A stretch of 64,000 bases of DNA. Source: Deferribacterales bacterium. Its GTDB lineage: Bacteria > Chrysiogenota > Deferribacteres > Deferribacterales > Geovibrionaceae. Made by a program: the position numbers and the translations under genes. Below the pieces are notes generated by a model, which was not told the origin of the DNA, made no database searches, and saw nothing but the letters and a program-made list of their open reading frames with translations. Where the stretch lies: assembly GCA_050253075.1 (NCBI GenBank), contig JBFWJS010000002.1:224001-288000 (forward strand), written 5' to 3'. Shown here piece after piece: positions 31,281 to 40,904 of this stretch; position 1 is the first letter of the stretch; each line of letters begins with the position of its first letter.

Positions 31281-33050
31281 TTAATAAACCCTAGGTTTTG
31301 GTGGGAAAGGCTCAACACTGATAGGCTGCTGACGTACCTTTCTGTAGTCCACTCTAGGTGTTTTAAGGTCTTCTTCAAGATACACTTCTGTGTGCTTGAG
31401 GAAGTTTACATCGTCTCTGTCTGGACAGTCGTCACGGAAGTGACCGCCACGAGACTCTTTTCTGAGGATAGCAGCTTGTGTACAAGCCTTAGCAACAAGT
31501 ACCATGTTGTTAAGCTCGAGAGCTTCGATAAGGTCGAGGTTGTAAACGGAAGACTTGTCATTGACTTTGTAGTCGTCCAGTTTAGCTTCGATCTCAAGAA
31601 GTTCGTTGTAGCACTCTGTCATGAGCTCTTCTGTTCTGAACACAGACATTTTCTTCTGCATAACGTCTGTGAGCTCTCCCCAAAGTTCTCCGAAAGTATG
31701 CTTACCGTTAGAGTTAGCAAACTTATTAAGGAATCCGATACCTTCGTCACCTGCGCCCTCAGCGAGAGGTACAAGTGCGTTCTCAGCAGCGTACTTAGCA
31801 GCCTGCTCACCAGCTGTACGACCGAATACAACAAGGTCGAGAAGTGAGTTAGTACCAAGTCTGTTTGCACCGTGAACGGAAGCGGAAGCACACTCACCTG
31901 CAGCGAAGAATCCTGGAACGAACTCTTCACCGTCCATGTTACCTTTGATAACTTTTGTGGTGTAGTGTGTAGGGATACCACCATTCTGGTAGTGAGCTGT
32001 AGGCATAACAGGGATAGGCTCTTTTGTACAGTCAACACCGGCGAAAACGAGGGAAAGTTCGTGGATACCAGGAAGTTTCTCCATAATGTTTTCAGCACCG
32101 ATGTGGTCGATCTTAAGAAGAACGTGATCTTTCTTAGGACCAACACCGCGTCCCTGAAGAACCTCAAGAGCCATAGAACGAGAAACGATATCTCTAGGCG
32201 CGAGGTCTTTAATAGTCGGAGCGTATCTCTCCATGAATCTTTCACCGGAATCATTGAGAAGGATACCACCCTCACCACGAACACCTTCAGTGATAAGGTT
32301 ACCGGCTCCGTAGATGCCTGTTGGATGGAACTGGAAGAACTCCGCATCAGACCAGCTGTAGCCTTTTCTCATAGCGAGAGCAAGACCGTCACCTGTGTTG
32401 ATGTGTGCGTTGGAGTTCGTCTGGAAGATACGGCAGTTACCGCCTGTAGCAAAAACAACAGCTTTTGCGTTGAAGACGTGAAGCTCACCGTTCTGGATAT
32501 CGTAGCAGAGAACACCGTTAACGTGACCGTTATTTGTCAGGAGTTCAAGTGCGTAGAACTCGCTGTAGAAATGTGTTCCCTGATCAACTGATTTTTCATA
32601 AAGAGTCTGAAGCATAGCGTGACCTGTACGGTCAGCAGCGTAGCATGCTCTTTTTACGGCTCTTTTACCGAACTCTGCAGTGTGGCCACCGAAAGGACGC
32701 TGAGCGATTTTACCTTCTGGTGTTCTGGAGAACGGAAGACCGATGTGCTCAAGAGCGATGATCATCTCCGGAGCGAGTCTTGTCATGTATTCCGCAGCAT
32801 CCTGGTCGCAGAGATAATCTGAACCTTTAACTGTGTCAAACATGTGCCAGTGCCAGTGGTCTTCTTCCAGGTTACCAAGTGACGCAGAGATACCGCCCTG
32901 AGCCGAAATGGTGTGTGATCTGGTAGGATAAACCTCAGACACAACCGCTGTTTTGCAGTGTTGGGATGCTACCTGAGCCGCATTAAGACCGGCACCGCCC
33001 GCACCTACAACAACAACGTCAAACTTATGATATTCAACTTTTACTGACAT
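31281..33050 (-). CDS. sdhA: Succinate dehydrogenase flavoprotein
   Basis: GAGGAG, RSHTISAQGG (covalent FAD His), QFHPTG, TEGVRGEG, SVHGANRLG.NSL. Confidence 0.97.
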   Translation of the reverse strand: MSVKVEYHKFDVVVVGAGGAGLNAAQVASQHCKTAVVSEVYPTRSHTISAQGGISASLGNLEEDHWHWHMFDTVKGSDYLCDQDAAEYMTRLAPEMIIALEHIGLPFSRTPEGKIAQRPFGGHTAEFGKRAVKRACYAADRTGHAMLQTLYEKSVDQGTHFYSEFYALELLTNNGHVNGVLCYDIQNGELHVFNAKAVVFATGGNCRIFQTNSNAHINTGDGLALAMRKGYSWSDAEFFQFHPTGIYGAGNLITEGVRGEGGILLNDSGERFMERYAPTIKDLAPRDIVSRSMALEVLQGRGVGPKKDHVLLKIDHIGAENIMEKLPGIHELSLVFAGVDCTKEPIPVMPTAHYQNGGIPTHYTTKVIKGNMDGEEFVPGFFAAGECASASVHGANRLGTNSLLDLVVFGRTAGEQAAKYAAENALVPLAEGAGDEGIGFLNKFANSNGKHTFGELWGELTDVMQKKMSVFRTEELMTECYNELLEIEAKLDDYKVNDKSSVYNLDLIEALELNNMVLVAKACTQAAILRKESRGGHFRDDCPDRDDVNFLKHTEVYLEEDLKTPRVDYRKVRQQPISVEPFPPKPRVY

Positions 33051-33063
33051 ACCTTAATACTCC

Positions 33064-33378
33064 TTACATTACCTTAACGGCAAGAATAACAAGTGTTATA
33101 GCGAGTACCCAGTAGATACCGTAGATAACACCTCTCCAGCCTGCGCTGGCGACGTAATCGTCTGTGATCATTTTAAAGCCGTTAAATGTGTGAAATACAC
33201 CAAAAGCTGCGATAGGGGCCAGGATGTACTGCATCATGCCGGACTCGCCGCCTTTGATCATGGAGAAAAAGTGTACGAACACAACGAGGATCAGGATAAG
33301 ACCTGACACTCTTTGCATAAGCCATGCTACTGTACCAGCATCGCTGGTTCCCATATATTTGTAGTTTTTCATATCCAC
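33064..33378 (-). CDS. sdhD: Succinate dehydrogenase membrane anchor
   Basis: WLMQRVSG, FH..NG....DDYV; 3 TM; position in operon. Confidence 0.88.
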   Translation of the reverse strand: MDMKNYKYMGTSDAGTVAWLMQRVSGLILILVVFVHFFSMIKGGESGMMQYILAPIAAFGVFHTFNGFKMITDDYVASAGWRGVIYGIYWVLAITLVILAVKVM

Positions 33379-33385
33379 TTCCCCC

Positions 33386-33742
33386 TTACGCTGTGAAGAT
33401 CGGTATTATACCGATGATGGTTATTACTAGTGTGAGAAAAACTACGGCCATAAAGTATTTCTTGAAAGTTTCTCTCTCTGCTGCCTGGCCGAATTCCATA
33501 AGGGCAATTCTCACGCCGTTGAACGCGTGGAATGAGAAACTAGCGAGAAAAAGTGCTTTCACTACTGAAAGCGCAACAACACTCTGAAATGGAGCTACTG
33601 CACCGGATACACCGAGTATGTGAAGTATCAGATAAAGTCCGATAATCACTCCAGTGATACGATGGAGAAGCCATGCTACCATTCCGGGGTGTTTGCGGTA
33701 CCCAGTTTTCTTAGGGTAGGTTACAAGGTCTTTCCTTGGCAT
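33386..33742 (-). CDS. sdhC: Succinate dehydrogenase cytochrome b subunit
   Basis: WLLHRITG, FHAFNGVR; 3 TM. Start moved to ATG 33742 (AGGAG RBS). Confidence 0.88.
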   Translation of the reverse strand: MPRKDLVTYPKKTGYRKHPGMVAWLLHRITGVIIGLYLILHILGVSGAVAPFQSVVALSVVKALFLASFSFHAFNGVRIALMEFGQAAERETFKKYFMAVVFLTLVITIIGIIPIFTA

Positions 33743-33832
33743 CTTACACTCCTGAAAAAAGTTTTTAAGATACAAACACTGTTAAAATCTCAATTATTTT
33801 AACTATCATAATGAGTATAGCATGTCAACCAG

Positions 33833-33844
33833 ATTGTATACAAT
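33833..33844. promoter_or_regulatory. Palindrome ATTGTATACAAT, GntR-type operator candidate
   Basis: Perfect 12-bp palindrome next to a minus-strand TTGACA upstream of sdhC. Confidence 0.5.
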
Positions 33845-34279
33845 ATACATGAAATAAATCATATTTTCCCAATAAAACAAACGATTCCAGAATGTCACAC
33901 GAAAATTCGAGTTTTTTAAACTCTGTTATAAAAATCGAAGGATAAATTTATTAAATAGGCTTTATCGGGTCTCATTATAACAACCGCCTTCTATGTATTA
34001 TATGCACGTATGTAACTAAAATATTAAGCCGTATTCATCTTTATTTCAAACATTTCAGGCGGGTTGGATATCACCTTTTGAATATGTTATTATCATATTA
34101 TTATATGCAGACGACGCATAAAAGCCGAAACAGCGGCGTGGATATCCGCATATAAATGCACAATACGAGAACAAAACAGGAAAGCAGTCACACACACAGG
34201 CGAGGCGGGCGCATGTGAAAACCGCCGAAATAGTTTATTTCACAATGGTTTTTTATGTCGCAAACACTAAGTATCCCTG

Positions 34280-34308
34280 TTGACAAAGTACCTGTGAAAC
34301 GTTTTAAT
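34280..34308 (+). promoter_or_regulatory. Sigma70-like promoter
   Basis: TTGACA-N17-TTTAAT upstream of the AMMECR1-family gene. Confidence 0.55.
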
Positions 34309-34342
34309 TAGTTTACACTCATTGCATCACCGGGGAGCGAAA

Positions 34343-34897
34343 ATGGATTTTGACATCAGCAGGGAAAACCGCTGTCTACTTTTGAAAACCGCCCGTGCCA
34401 GCATAAAGGCAAAGCAGATCGGAGAAACATTCGAGCTGCCCGAAACCCGTGAGGGGCTGGACTTCATGAGCGGCTGCTTCGTGACCATACACCTGCGGGG
34501 GAGACTGCGTGGATGTATAGGCAATTTCCGTGATGACGTGAATATAATCGAAAACGTGGCTGACATGGCATGCCAGGCGGCATTCGCCGACCCCCGCTTC
34601 GGTCCCGTATCAATAGACGAGCTCTGCATGTGCGACATAGAGATATCAGTGCTCTCTCCCATGATAAAAGCAAAAGCAGAAGATATAACCGTCGGACGTG
34701 ACGGCATATACATAATAAAAGGCTTCAGCAGAGGCGTACTGCTCCCTCAGGTCGCCACCGAACACGACTGGGACGCCGAGACATTCCTCAGCCAGACCTG
34801 TGTAAAGGCAGGGCTCCAGCCCGAGGCGTGGAAAGACCCGGAGACAGAAATACTCCGCTTCGAAGCATTAGTATTCCAGGAGAATAACCTTATTTAA
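34343..34897 (+). CDS. AMMECR1-family protein (AmmeMemoRadiSam protein A)
   Basis: GCFVTI...LRGCIG, AAFADPRF, IEISVLSP, GRDGI, GVLLPQVA.E, CVKAGL. ATG 34343 follows GGGGAG. Confidence 0.92.
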   Translation: MDFDISRENRCLLLKTARASIKAKQIGETFELPETREGLDFMSGCFVTIHLRGRLRGCIGNFRDDVNIIENVADMACQAAFADPRFGPVSIDELCMCDIEISVLSPMIKAKAEDITVGRDGIYIIKGFSRGVLLPQVATEHDWDAETFLSQTCVKAGLQPEAWKDPETEILRFEALVFQENNLI

Positions 34898-34912
34898 ATA
34901 AAGAGGTAATTT

Positions 34913-36598
34913 ATGAAAAAAACATACGTATGGAAAGTCGGCGGGCCTGCCGGTTTCGGTATCAGCTCAATAGGCCCGGTATTTGCGAATATCCTTAAGA
35001 AATGCGGGTATTACGTGCACGGATACCTTGAGTACCCGTCACTCATCAGAGGCGGATACAACAGTTATCAGATGGTCTTCTCCAGAGACCCTGTCTTTGC
35101 TCCGAAAGAGCGCATTGACCTTTACATCGCTCTGGCGGATGTCTGCTTTGAAAAGGAGAAGTTCGACGACGACACTGTCGTGATAGGTGATTTTGAAAAT
35201 CTGAAAAAAGCGGACGGCATAAAGGGTGAGAAGCTCGATGTGCCCCTTGCAAAACTCATAGAGGAGATCGACGGTAAAGATATCATGAAGAACACCGCCG
35301 CTCTCGGAGCATCCATCGCAGCCCTCGGACTGCCGAAGGATGTTATGGAAGAGGTCGTGCGTGCCAGCTATCCCGAAAAGATCGCCGGAGCAAACGTTCA
35401 GGCTGCCGTAGCGGGATACGATGCCTGCCACTGCAAGGTGACAGGGCTCGACTTCACACCTGCCGAGGAATGCACGAAACAGGCATTCATAAACGGTAAC
35501 GAGGCTGTCAGCATCGGTGCTATCAGCGCAGGGATGAACTTCTTCAGCACATACCCCATGACTCCTGCGAGCTCCATCCTCCATTTCCTCGCTAAGCAGG
35601 CGAGAGACTTCGGCATCGTAGTCAAACACGCCGAAGACGAGATATCAGGCATAAACATGGCTGTCGGTGCTGCCCACGCAGGCGCAAGATCCATGACAGG
35701 TACATCAGGCGGAGGTTTCGCACTGATGAACGAAGGCTTCGGACTCGCAGCCATCACAGAGACACCTATCGTCGTAGCCCTCTCCCAGAGACCGGGCCCT
35801 GCGACAGGGATGCCCACATGGACAGAGCAAGGCGACCTGCACTATGCGCTGAACGCTTCTCAGGGGGAATTCCTCCGTGCGGTACTCACACCGGGAGACG
35901 TGGAAGAAGCATATAAATTTACATTCGACGCTTTCAACATAGCAGAAAAGTATCAGATCCCCGTGATCGTACTCCTCGACAAGTTCCTTTCCGAATCCGT
36001 CTTCATGGGTAAGATGGACTCTGACTACGGCTCTATAGACAGAGGCCTGATGTTTGAAGGGAATAAAGAAGAGCCTTACGCTCACTATACCAGATATAAA
36101 GAGACCAAGAACGGCGTCTGCACACGCAGTATGATGGGTACAGAGGGCGGACTTTTCATCGCCAGCAGTAACGAACACGACGCATACGGGTTCGTATCCG
36201 ACGCTGCCGATAACAGGATAGTACAGACAGACCGCAGGTTTGCCAAAGAGCCATACGTTGCGGAAGAGATGCCTCAGCCTTACCTCATAGGTAAAGAGGA
36301 TGCGAAGCTGACATTCGTATGCTTCGGCTCGATGAAACAGTGCCTGCTGGAGGCTATGGACTTCGACGACAGATTCAACTTCGTCTATTTCCCGGCCGTA
36401 CACCCTATCAAATGGGACAAGGCCGCAGAGCTGCTTAAGGGCAGGAACCTTGTAGCTTTCGAAAACAACAAAACAGCCCAGCTAGCCGGACTGATATCTA
36501 AAATGACAGGAATCATGATAGAAGATAAATTCCTTAAATACGACGGAAGACCATTCTTCACCGAAGAGATCCTCGAATACGTCAAGGAGGTGCTTTAA
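34913..36598 (+). CDS. 2-oxoacid:ferredoxin oxidoreductase alpha subunit (KorA-type, gamma-alpha fusion)
   Basis: GGPAGFGI, YPSLIRGG, GNEA, YPMTPAS, AEDEI, TSGGGFALM, QRPGPATGMPT. Confidence 0.93.
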   Translation: MKKTYVWKVGGPAGFGISSIGPVFANILKKCGYYVHGYLEYPSLIRGGYNSYQMVFSRDPVFAPKERIDLYIALADVCFEKEKFDDDTVVIGDFENLKKADGIKGEKLDVPLAKLIEEIDGKDIMKNTAALGASIAALGLPKDVMEEVVRASYPEKIAGANVQAAVAGYDACHCKVTGLDFTPAEECTKQAFINGNEAVSIGAISAGMNFFSTYPMTPASSILHFLAKQARDFGIVVKHAEDEISGINMAVGAAHAGARSMTGTSGGGFALMNEGFGLAAITETPIVVALSQRPGPATGMPTWTEQGDLHYALNASQGEFLRAVLTPGDVEEAYKFTFDAFNIAEKYQIPVIVLLDKFLSESVFMGKMDSDYGSIDRGLMFEGNKEEPYAHYTRYKETKNGVCTRSMMGTEGGLFIASSNEHDAYGFVSDAADNRIVQTDRRFAKEPYVAEEMPQPYLIGKEDAKLTFVCFGSMKQCLLEAMDFDDRFNFVYFPAVHPIKWDKAAELLKGRNLVAFENNKTAQLAGLISKMTGIMIEDKFLKYDGRPFFTEEILEYVKEVL

Positions 36599-37419
36599 TG
36601 AAACCGTTAGACTATAACACCGGGAAAGTTCCCGTATGGTGCCCCGGATGCGGTAACTTCTCCATCTGGAACAGCATCAAAAAAGCCCTCGCAAGCGTTG
36701 ATCAGGAGCCGAACAAGCTAGCCCTTGTTTCAGGTATCGGATGCTCCGGTAAGATGGTGAACCACGTGCGCAGCTACGCTTTCCACGCTCTGCACGGAAG
36801 GACGCTCCCAGTTGCCACAGGCATAAAGCTCGCAAACCCTGAGATGACAGTTCTCGTGAACGGCGGTGACGGCGACGGATACGGCATGGGTGTGGGACAC
36901 CTCGTCCACGCTATCCGCAGAAACATCGACGTGACATACATCGTACACCATAACAAAGTATATGGACTCACCACGGGTCAGGCCGCTCCTACATCCCCAG
37001 AGGGGACAGTGAGCAAGTCTACACCGTTCGGCGTTGTGGATGCACAGATCAACCCGCTGATACTCGCCATGTCCCTCGGCGCAACATACGTAGCCAGAGG
37101 ATATTCGGGTGAATCTGATCAGCTCGCAGAGCTCATCGCAGGCGGGATAAAGCACAAAGGCTTCGCCATCATAGACGTGCTTCAGCCTTGTGTGACATTC
37201 GGCGGAAAGTATAAATATGACTATTACGACGAAAGAGTAGAAAAGCTGGAAGAGGTACCAAGCCCAGAAAAGGCAATTCAGCTCGCCACCGAGCCAGAGA
37301 AATTCTATCTCGGCGTATACAGCAAATACGACAGACCTGCATACAACGAACTGCACCCGGAGATTTCACCGGAGATCAAAAAGAAGGATGTTTCCTCACT
37401 GATAAAGCAGTATGTATAA
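36598..37419 (+). CDS. 2-oxoacid:ferredoxin oxidoreductase beta subunit
   Basis: WCPGCGN, SGIGCS, LHGR.LP, TPP motif GGDGDG...HNKVYGLT.GQ, QPCVTF. Confidence 0.93.
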   Translation: MKPLDYNTGKVPVWCPGCGNFSIWNSIKKALASVDQEPNKLALVSGIGCSGKMVNHVRSYAFHALHGRTLPVATGIKLANPEMTVLVNGGDGDGYGMGVGHLVHAIRRNIDVTYIVHHNKVYGLTTGQAAPTSPEGTVSKSTPFGVVDAQINPLILAMSLGATYVARGYSGESDQLAELIAGGIKHKGFAIIDVLQPCVTFGGKYKYDYYDERVEKLEEVPSPEKAIQLATEPEKFYLGVYSKYDRPAYNELHPEISPEIKKKDVSSLIKQYV

Positions 37420-37450
37420 AATGATTAAGACCCTCAAGCGAGCAAGGGAC

Positions 37451-37665
37451 TTAAAAGACGTGTTGAAATTTTGAAGTAAAATAAGAAAAACCCCAATTTT
37501 AATAATAAGATTGGGGTTTTTATATTTCAGGAAAATTTTTTCGTCATCCTGAGGCTTTAGCCGAAGGATCTAAACACATGGATTCTCTAATGGTATCAGA
37601 TTCTTCGCTCCGCTCAGAATGACGTAGCTTTGTTTGTTTTAGAGATTCTGCAAAAAATCTTTTAA
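37451..37665 (+). mobile_element. MITE-like non-autonomous element, copy 1 (215 bp including TTAA flanks)
   Basis: Alignable end to end with the reverse complement of 46063-46277; imperfect terminal inverted repeats; TTAA at both ends; internal REP doublet 37543-37623; no ORF. Confidence 0.85.
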
Positions 37666-37692
37666 GGGGCTAGCTCAAACGAGGGGCTTTTT

Positions 37693-38733
37693 TTATCTGA
37701 AGATTTTCTGTTTGACAGATATCAGCGTGATAGCCGTGAGGAACATGCCCGCCGTCAGCATGGCAAATAGCCCGAAGGACTCGTCTTCCCCTGCAAAGGC
37801 TTTGAAACCAAGCCCAGATTCGGAAAAGACCACATCCGTAAGCACCGCAAAAGCAAGTGTCACAGTCACTATGGATATCAGATATATGAACATACCCCTC
37901 TTACCCAGCATGGTTTTGATAACGTTGATCGCCACCATATTTGTGGCAGGTGCACCCGCAAGGAATACAAACGCAGCCCCCGGTGAAAATCCCGCAAGGA
38001 TAAGCGAAAGCGCAACGGGTATCGCAGAGATGGAACAAACATAAAGAGGTATCCCCACCGCAAATGCGATAAGGTATCCGCCCACAAGCCCGAAGCTGCC
38101 TGACGTGATATTCGTATCCACCAGAAGCGTGATGGCAGCCGCCAGTATAAGACCCGTGAGGAGCGGATAGGCGATATCGCCCAACAGCTCTACAAAGGCA
38201 TATCTGAATATATTCTTAACTCTTTCTACCAGATTTGGCTTTTTAACCTCTGCCTCGGCTTCCGAACCGCAGCAGCATCCTGAACAGCAGCTTGTCTCCT
38301 GCTTTATCTCCATATCCCCGTCAGATGTGAAGAGGTCTGTCAGCACCCCCGCAATGATCGCCGCAACCGAAGCGCTGACCACACGGAAAAGCGTGATAAC
38401 CCATCCGAAAACGCCGTAAGTGGCTATGATGGAGTCTGCACCCGTCATAGGTGTGGAGATGTAAAAGCTGACAACGGCACCCTTCCCCGCACCGCTCTTT
38501 CGCAGTGATGCCGCAAGGGGGATAACCCCGCAAGAGCATATAGGGAGGGGAAGCCCGATCAAGGCTGCCTTTACCGAAGAGCCCAAGCCCTTCCCTCCGA
38601 GGTTCTTTTTGATAAAATCATCAGAGATGAATTCCCTGATAAGTCCTGCCGTGATAAGTCCGAAGATGATATATCCGTGCATCAACACTGTCATTTCCCA
38701 CAGTGAAGCAAAGTATCTTGATATTAATTCCAT
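37693..38733 (-). CDS. ArsP/SO_0444-family metal(loid) permease
   Basis: Duplicated motif PLPICSCGVIP / PLYVCSISAIP, central SCCSGCCCGS linker, ~8 TM. Confidence 0.85.
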   Translation of the reverse strand: MELISRYFASLWEMTVLMHGYIIFGLITAGLIREFISDDFIKKNLGGKGLGSSVKAALIGLPLPICSCGVIPLAASLRKSGAGKGAVVSFYISTPMTGADSIIATYGVFGWVITLFRVVSASVAAIIAGVLTDLFTSDGDMEIKQETSCCSGCCCGSEAEAEVKKPNLVERVKNIFRYAFVELLGDIAYPLLTGLILAAAITLLVDTNITSGSFGLVGGYLIAFAVGIPLYVCSISAIPVALSLILAGFSPGAAFVFLAGAPATNMVAINVIKTMLGKRGMFIYLISIVTVTLAFAVLTDVVFSESGLGFKAFAGEDESFGLFAMLTAGMFLTAITLISVKQKIFR

Positions 38734-38911
38734 TAGTGATCCTTAAATGAATTTACGCTTTTATAAATAATCTTAAAAAATATGATGTCAATAAATATTT
38801 GTTACTTATGAACATTTGCGCAATATGCATTTATACATAAATTTGAATAATTACTTTTCGATAAAAATTACTATTTACAAGCCATGCATATTCCTTTAAA
38901 GTTTATCAAGC

Positions 38912-38927
38912 GATAATGATTATTATC
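38912..38927 (+). promoter_or_regulatory. Fur/PerR-family box candidate
   Basis: GATAATGATTATTATC (inverted GATAAT arms) 22 bp before the cytochrome c peroxidase start. Confidence 0.6.
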
Positions 38928-38949
38928 TATAGTTCATTGGAGGTTTTAT

Positions 38950-40011
38950 ATGAACACAGCAACCAAATCCGTTAATCTCAGCAAACTCGTGCTGACAGCT
39001 CTCGTTATGGCTGTACTCACTGTTTCAGCCTATGCGAAGGACTCTGTAATGAAAGAAGCCCAAGGCATATTCCAGCCGATTCCTTTTTATCCGCCTGCAA
39101 TAGAGGGTAATGCCGCTACTGCAGAAAAGATCGAGCTCGGTAAAATGCTCTTCTTCGACCCGAGGCTTTCAAAAAGCGGCTTTATAAGCTGTAACTCCTG
39201 CCACAATGTTGGTATGGGCGGTATTGACTATCAGGAAACATCCACAGGTCACGGATGGAAACAAGGTCCGAGAAACGCTCCGACGGTTCTCAACTCCGTA
39301 TTCAACGTAGCCCAGTTCTGGGATGGACGTGCGAAAGACCTCGCTGAGCAGGCAAAAGGCCCGGTTCAGGCTGGTGTTGAAATGAACAATACTCCTGAGA
39401 ATGTTGTAAAAACACTCAAGAGCATGCCTGAATACATCGAACTCTTCAAAGTATCATTCCCCGGTGAAAAAGACCCTGTAACATTCGACAACATGGCTAA
39501 GGCTATCGAAGTTTTCGAAGCTACTCTTATTACACCGGATTCAAGATTTGATAAATACCTCAGAGGCGACGAAGGCGCTCTCTCCAAAGATGAGAAAGCA
39601 GGCCTTAAGATATTCATGGACAACGGATGCTCTGCTTGTCACGGCGGCGTCAACATGGGCGGTGACGATTACTATGCCATGGGCGTAGTGAACATGCCCG
39701 GTAAAGACATCATGGCGGGCGACAAAGGACGCTTCTCCGTTACTCATGCTAAAGACGACGAATTCATGTTCAAGTCTCCGTCTCTTAGAAACATCCAGAT
39801 CACACCTCCTTACTTCCACTCCGGTAAAGTGTGGGCTCTCGAGGAAGCTGTGGCTGTAATGAACGACTCACAGATCGGCGCAAACCTTTCTGCTGACGAT
39901 ATCGCGAAGATAACAAAGTTTCTTCTCACTACAACAGGCGTACAGCCGGTAGTTGCATACCCTATACTCCCTGCTCCTACAAACGACACACTTAAACCTG
40001 CGCTTGACTAA
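38950..40011 (+). CDS. Di-heme cytochrome c peroxidase
   Basis: Signal peptide; LGKMLFFDPRLS, CNSCH, QFWDGRA, CSACH, FKSPSLRN, PYFHSG. Confidence 0.95.
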   Translation: MNTATKSVNLSKLVLTALVMAVLTVSAYAKDSVMKEAQGIFQPIPFYPPAIEGNAATAEKIELGKMLFFDPRLSKSGFISCNSCHNVGMGGIDYQETSTGHGWKQGPRNAPTVLNSVFNVAQFWDGRAKDLAEQAKGPVQAGVEMNNTPENVVKTLKSMPEYIELFKVSFPGEKDPVTFDNMAKAIEVFEATLITPDSRFDKYLRGDEGALSKDEKAGLKIFMDNGCSACHGGVNMGGDDYYAMGVVNMPGKDIMAGDKGRFSVTHAKDDEFMFKSPSLRNIQITPPYFHSGKVWALEEAVAVMNDSQIGANLSADDIAKITKFLLTTTGVQPVVAYPILPAPTNDTLKPALD

Positions 40012-40040
40012 CCCCGGAATAAGGCAAACGTTGGTTATTT

Positions 40041-40072
40041 AAGGCGGTGCTGTATTGTACCGCCTTTTTTTT
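40041..40072 (+). terminator. Terminator after the peroxidase
   Basis: AAGGCGGTGC...GTACCGCCTT followed by a T-tract. Confidence 0.85.
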
Positions 40073-40115
40073 ACCCTTACATCTAATAATAATTAATCTT
40101 TATTAATAAAAATTA

Positions 40116-40144
40116 TTGACAAGTATATCGGTAGATGATATATA
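40116..40144 (+). promoter_or_regulatory. Sigma70-like promoter of the peroxiredoxin
   Basis: TTGACA-N17-TATATA with an extended TG. Confidence 0.55.
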
Positions 40145-40190
40145 TCGCTATATAGAACATCTTGAATATTTAAAAAAAGGAGAAAATAAT

Positions 40191-40850
40191 ATGAACGAAT
40201 TTCAAATGCCTACACTGGGAGAAAAATTCCCTGAGATGGAAGTAAAGACAACACACGGAATGATGAAACTGCCTGATGCATATGCGGGCAAATGGTTTGT
40301 ACTCTTCAGCCACCCGGGCGACTTCACACCTGTATGTACTACAGAGTTCGTAGAGTTTCAGAACATGGCAGCAGAGTTCAAGGCCGTTAACTGTGAGCTG
40401 ATAGGCGCATCCGTTGACCAGGTATTCTCTCACATCAAATGGGTAGACTGGATAGAAGAAAAGCTCGGCGTAAAGATCGAGTTCCCTGTTATCGCTGACG
40501 AGCTCGGCCGTGTGGCTAGCAGGCTCGGCATGATACACAGCGGTAAAGGCACAAATACAGTGCGTGCCGTATTCATCGTAGACGACAAAGGCACAGTGCG
40601 CATAGTGCTCTACTACCCGCAGGAGATAGGCAGAAACATAGATGAAGTTCTCAGAGCCGTGAAAGCCCTGCAGAAATCCGATAAAGACGGCGTGGCAACA
40701 CCTGCCAACTGGCCGAATAACAAAGTGCTGGCAGACAGAGTTATCGTTCCGCCTGCACCGGATGAAAAGACTAAAGCAGCAAGACTCGCCTCAGCAGAAA
40801 AAGGCGAAATAGAGTGTTATGACTGGTGGTTTTGCCACAAGTCAAAGTAA
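40191..40850 (+). CDS. Peroxiredoxin (Prx6 subfamily)
   Basis: [33 protein letters not shown]-terminal CYDWWFC. ATG 40191 follows AGGAG. Confidence 0.95.
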   Translation: MNEFQMPTLGEKFPEMEVKTTHGMMKLPDAYAGKWFVLFSHPGDFTPVCTTEFVEFQNMAAEFKAVNCELIGASVDQVFSHIKWVDWIEEKLGVKIEFPVIADELGRVASRLGMIHSGKGTNTVRAVFIVDDKGTVRIVLYYPQEIGRNIDEVLRAVKALQKSDKDGVATPANWPNNKVLADRVIVPPAPDEKTKAARLASAEKGEIECYDWWFCHKSK

Positions 40851-40869
40851 CAACAACCTCCTGCCCTTT

Positions 40870-40904
40870 AAAAAGCCCCCGTGTCTGACGATGCGGGGGT
40901 TTTA
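40870..40904. terminator. Bidirectional terminator
   Basis: AAAAGCCCCCGTG...TGCGGGGGTTTT between convergent genes. Confidence 0.8.

Noticed and set aside
38805..38830. SmtB/ArsR metal-responsive operator (TATGAACA half-site) upstream of the permease
   Set aside because: Only one convincing half-site.
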